64,000 nt of DNA, from contig JBHGNT010000007.1 in assembly GCA_043228905.1 (NCBI GenBank), positions 11,284,001 to 11,348,000 on the forward strand, in the 5' to 3' direction. The DNA comes from Azolla caroliniana (Eukaryota > Plantae > Polypodiophyta). The position numbers and the translations under genes were made by a program. The notes beneath the pieces were generated by a model that worked only from the letters and a program-made list of their open reading frames with translations, did not search any database and had not been told where the DNA came from. Below are positions 60,573 to 64,000 of the stretch, one piece after another; position 1 is the first letter of the stretch, and each line of letters starts with the position of its first letter.

Positions 60573-63500
60573 TCAATGCCATGGTGTTTGCCTATAATCC
60601 GGATCTTTTCGTTTCAAAGATGTGATTGGAACTGAAGCTTGGTGAAATAAATGCATCGGCCCGTCCACGACCGATGATGCTGGATTACCATCAAGTTTCA
60701 CTAAGTGCTCTCTGACACCAACCCCAACATTCTTGTAATTGACAATGCCTTGGCCAATAATGCTATTGTTTGCATTATTATTATTGCTGCTATTATTATT
60801 GTTGTTGTATACAAGTTGCTCTTGTCTTCCCCATGCGAAGAAACTATTGTTGGAGCTCCCAGCGTCATTAGCTGGAAGGTTAATTGTAAACGGGGGCCTC
60901 ATGGAGCCAAGTGATATACTATCCCTTGACCTCAAAGAAGAGTCTGATGTGATTGGGAAAGCATCATAAGGAAATCCTGATGAGAATTGCATCGGAGGTG
61001 TTTGAGAGTACATTACCGAAGACAATTGTGGTGCAGTAAGTGTAGTAATTGAGTTATGAATTGGATAGGTCATGGGACCCATGCGAGCAGTCTCCAACCT
61101 TCCATCCATGTTGACCGTCGTGACTAAAGGGCATGTAGAACCAGATATTGGCATCATATCAACTGGCCGGCTTGATCCAATTCCTATAATCAATCTATTT
61201 CCTGTTGTTGGTGTATGATGAAATGTTGCAACTTTCTCTTGTATTTCGTCCACATTCAGACCCTCATTTAAGTCAAAATCGAGCATCGGTGGTTTCACCA
61301 CTGATGGCATTTGCAACTTTTCACAGGATACAAAGGCAGTATCAATATTGGTTTCCATGTTGCAATTCAAATCTAATCCCTTATGTGTAGATTCATCATT
61401 TGGGTAATCTTCCATATTATCTTGATCAGCTAGATTATTCAAATCAAAGGTGTTCACATTCCTAGCTTGGCTTACAAAACCTTGTTTTGGTTGTTCAGGC
61501 ATCATCGAAGATTTTGATGAGATATGGCGAAAGGCACTAGTGGCTGCAGAACCTTTCCAACCAACCTCATATTTTTTCAATGTATTTGATGGAGGAGGAA
61601 TGAAAGCTCCGCTGGAAGAACCAATCATTGCTACTGGAGTAGTCAATTTACTCGAAGATATTGCCAATGACTTTAAGGTTGTGTCAGTATCATTAGTAAT
61701 AATATTGTTGTCTTCGAGATATTCGTCGTCTTCTGCAAAGCCCTCATTTAGGTCAAAGTTGTGGATTAAATGAGATGCCATCCCATCCAAATGCATGGAT
61801 GTTGAGTTTCTTCTTGTTGAATCAATGCAACTGCTATGAGTTGCATTGAGTTCATCATCTTGGATCACCTTTTTGTCATTGATAATAAAAGTCTTATCCT
61901 TCTCTTCTCCACAAGAGGTCTCTGATGACTCGAGTCCAAAAGGCTGTACGACAGTATTTCTTACCTTTGATACCAAATCCCCATCTTTGTCTGGTTTCTT
62001 TCTTTCCTCCCTTTTCTCGGATATTGAAGCAAGAGAGTTAACCTTGGGAAGGCCGTGATTCATCTCATGTTTCTGCATATCATTTCCTACAAATGATTCA
62101 AAACTCTACGTTTAGCTACCAATTTTTTATGTTAGTATTATGAGCTTATGATGCAAATCTAGTATCAACCTGATAGATCACTGTTTGCTTCTTTACTTGA
62201 ATTATTACACAGGTAAGGTTGCTTTTCTTGAGATGATGAAACAATATCTGCTTCTGGACATCTTCGAATGTCTTTTGCATCATTGCCTGAAGTTAAAAAA
62301 ACATATTTATGTTAGCAAACCATTAGATTCAAGCAATGTCACAAGAACTCATTAGATATTTTCAGAATCACCAGTTCCATATATATAGATAGATAGATAT
62401 ATAGAGAGAGAGATATATATCTAACATCCACATCTCACATATAGTCTCAATTTGCATATATTCAAGACAATCCACATTTCACATATCCATGTTTCCCATG
62501 TAATCATAAATAAATTTAATAAATGAAAACAAAGCTGCTCACCTTTTACCTTTCCACCATCACCCATAGTTATAGAGGTAGACTTTGAGCAGCTCGAAAT
62601 AGGGGTAACCTTTACAGAATCAGGTTTTTGAGAGTTCAGAAATACATTGTCATCTCTATCAGCAGTATCTATGCTCCTTCTAGAAGGAGAATCGTGTGCC
62701 ACATTCTCTAATTTTTCATGGCTTTTTCGAGTCAAACTTTCTTTTGTATTTATACATAGTGGAGAACTAATCCCAACATCTATGGATGGGTTTTTCTCTT
62801 TAAGACCACTCACTTTCAAGTCTGTAACATTTCTTGAAGAAGCTTCATGGCTTGCAACTCCGTGAGAATCATTACTAGAAGGAATAACTCTAGAACCACT
62901 GCTCCGTAGTTTCTTTCTATACTCATTTGCCTTTTCCTTGACATTAATTGCTTTTGGAGAACTACTCATCCCATTTGGATCATTCGTGTTAATGTCACTT
63001 TCTCCAGTTTTGGTATCTTTTCCTTCCTTTTTATCGTTTGAAATATCATTCTTACTATCTACATTGGTTTCATCTTTTATGTTATTATCCTCAGTTTCTC
63101 CTTCATTTGGACTCCGAATCGAAACAGATGTAGTTGAGGTCGAGCATAGAGGAGCATTGTTGTTGTTGTTGTTATTCCCATCTTTCTCTGAAGATGTGGT
63201 TGATTTCTCAGTAAGCTTCATGGCTTTCAAGCTCTGGGATGGAAAGCTGTTAACTGTAGTTGATGAAAAAGCTTCAGCAACTTGAGTAGAATTGCCTTCT
63301 TCTGGACATGTTACAAGACTACTGGATTCATCGATTTGCATTGTTACCTCGGTGATTTCACAAGCTTTAGCAATATTGATATCAACTGAGGAAGACATTG
63401 AATCACCTTTATGACCCTTATCCAGTGTCTCAACATCAATGGTAGCCTCACTAATTTTAACAGGGGTAGCATAAGCCAAGGAAGCTATTGAAACTCCTTT

Positions 63501-64000
63501 ATGAGCATTATCAACTATTGAATCCCCTTTATGACAATTATCGACCATTGAATCTCCTTTATGTCCATTATCAACCATGGAATCACTTTTAAGGCCATTA
63601 TCCAATGTCCCACTTGATGTGTTACTTTGTTTCATTTCCAGATCAACCCTTTTCTTCCACGTATCTACCAGCTTTCTGGCTTTTTTCTGGATTTCGACAT
63701 TCTTGTGACTACGCAAATGGTTAACAGACTTCCCTACACTGCAACCTTTTAAAGTTTCAAGATTGATTGGAAGCTTTTCAAGTGCTTGTAGGATAGCCAC
63801 CATTGCTTCAACAATAGCTTTATCTCCATCTCTCGGAACTCCAGACTTTCCAATCTTATGCCCATCTTGAAGCCATTCATCCAAAATGGCCACACCACCC
63901 GATTGAACAAAATGTTGAAGACAATCCTCTCTCAAGGTTGCAACAAGAATGCCACACAATATGCTTCTTTTCGTAAATAGCTCTGCTTTATGCATCACAT
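60573..64000 (-). CDS. SUO-like TFIIS N-terminal (LW/Med26) domain protein, 5'-partial; exons 64000-62543, 62286-62170, 62086-60573
   Basis: FVQSGGVAILDEWLQDGH...LEKLPINLETLK.CSVGKSVNHLRSHKNVEIQKKARKLVDTWKKRV; GWKGSAATSAFR; four DLN EAR-like motifs; GT-AG phase-1 introns restore one frame. Confidence 0.9.

Noticed and set aside
62421-62542. Two separate genes at 60573-62078 and 62421-63998
   Set aside because: Canonical splice sites and a 117-bp middle exon join them in frame; 62421-62542 is intron

Overview
Plant nuclear DNA; a seed-free land plant such as a fern is my inference from the retroelement lineages. About 80% of the window is LTR-retrotransposon derived. Bases 1-24.8 kb are a nest of at least five Ty1/copia elements, with target-site duplications (TSDs) readable for three of the four inner insertions. 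The innermost is an intact Tnt1/Tork-like element (12954-18503). Next to the nest lies a Ty3/gypsy remnant whose LTR has heat-shock elements and a Tf1-type self-priming signature. A gene island carries LSM3 (3 exons, 26392-29448). A second nest (32.9-59.5 kb) holds degenerate copia elements, solo LTRs, MITEs and a non-autonomous LTR element with captured ABCB-transporter and DCD-domain gene fragments. The window ends in a minus-strand SUO-like TFIIS-N/EAR-motif gene. The four least expected signals are: antisense tRNA-like A/B-box modules inside the U3 of five LTRs; an LTR family with 4-bp TSDs that all read ACGN; a gene-capturing LTR element with a second PBS-like site where the polypurine tract should be; and heat-shock-element arrays in gypsy-type LTRs. 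All alignments were done by eye and family names come from recalled motifs, not database searches.
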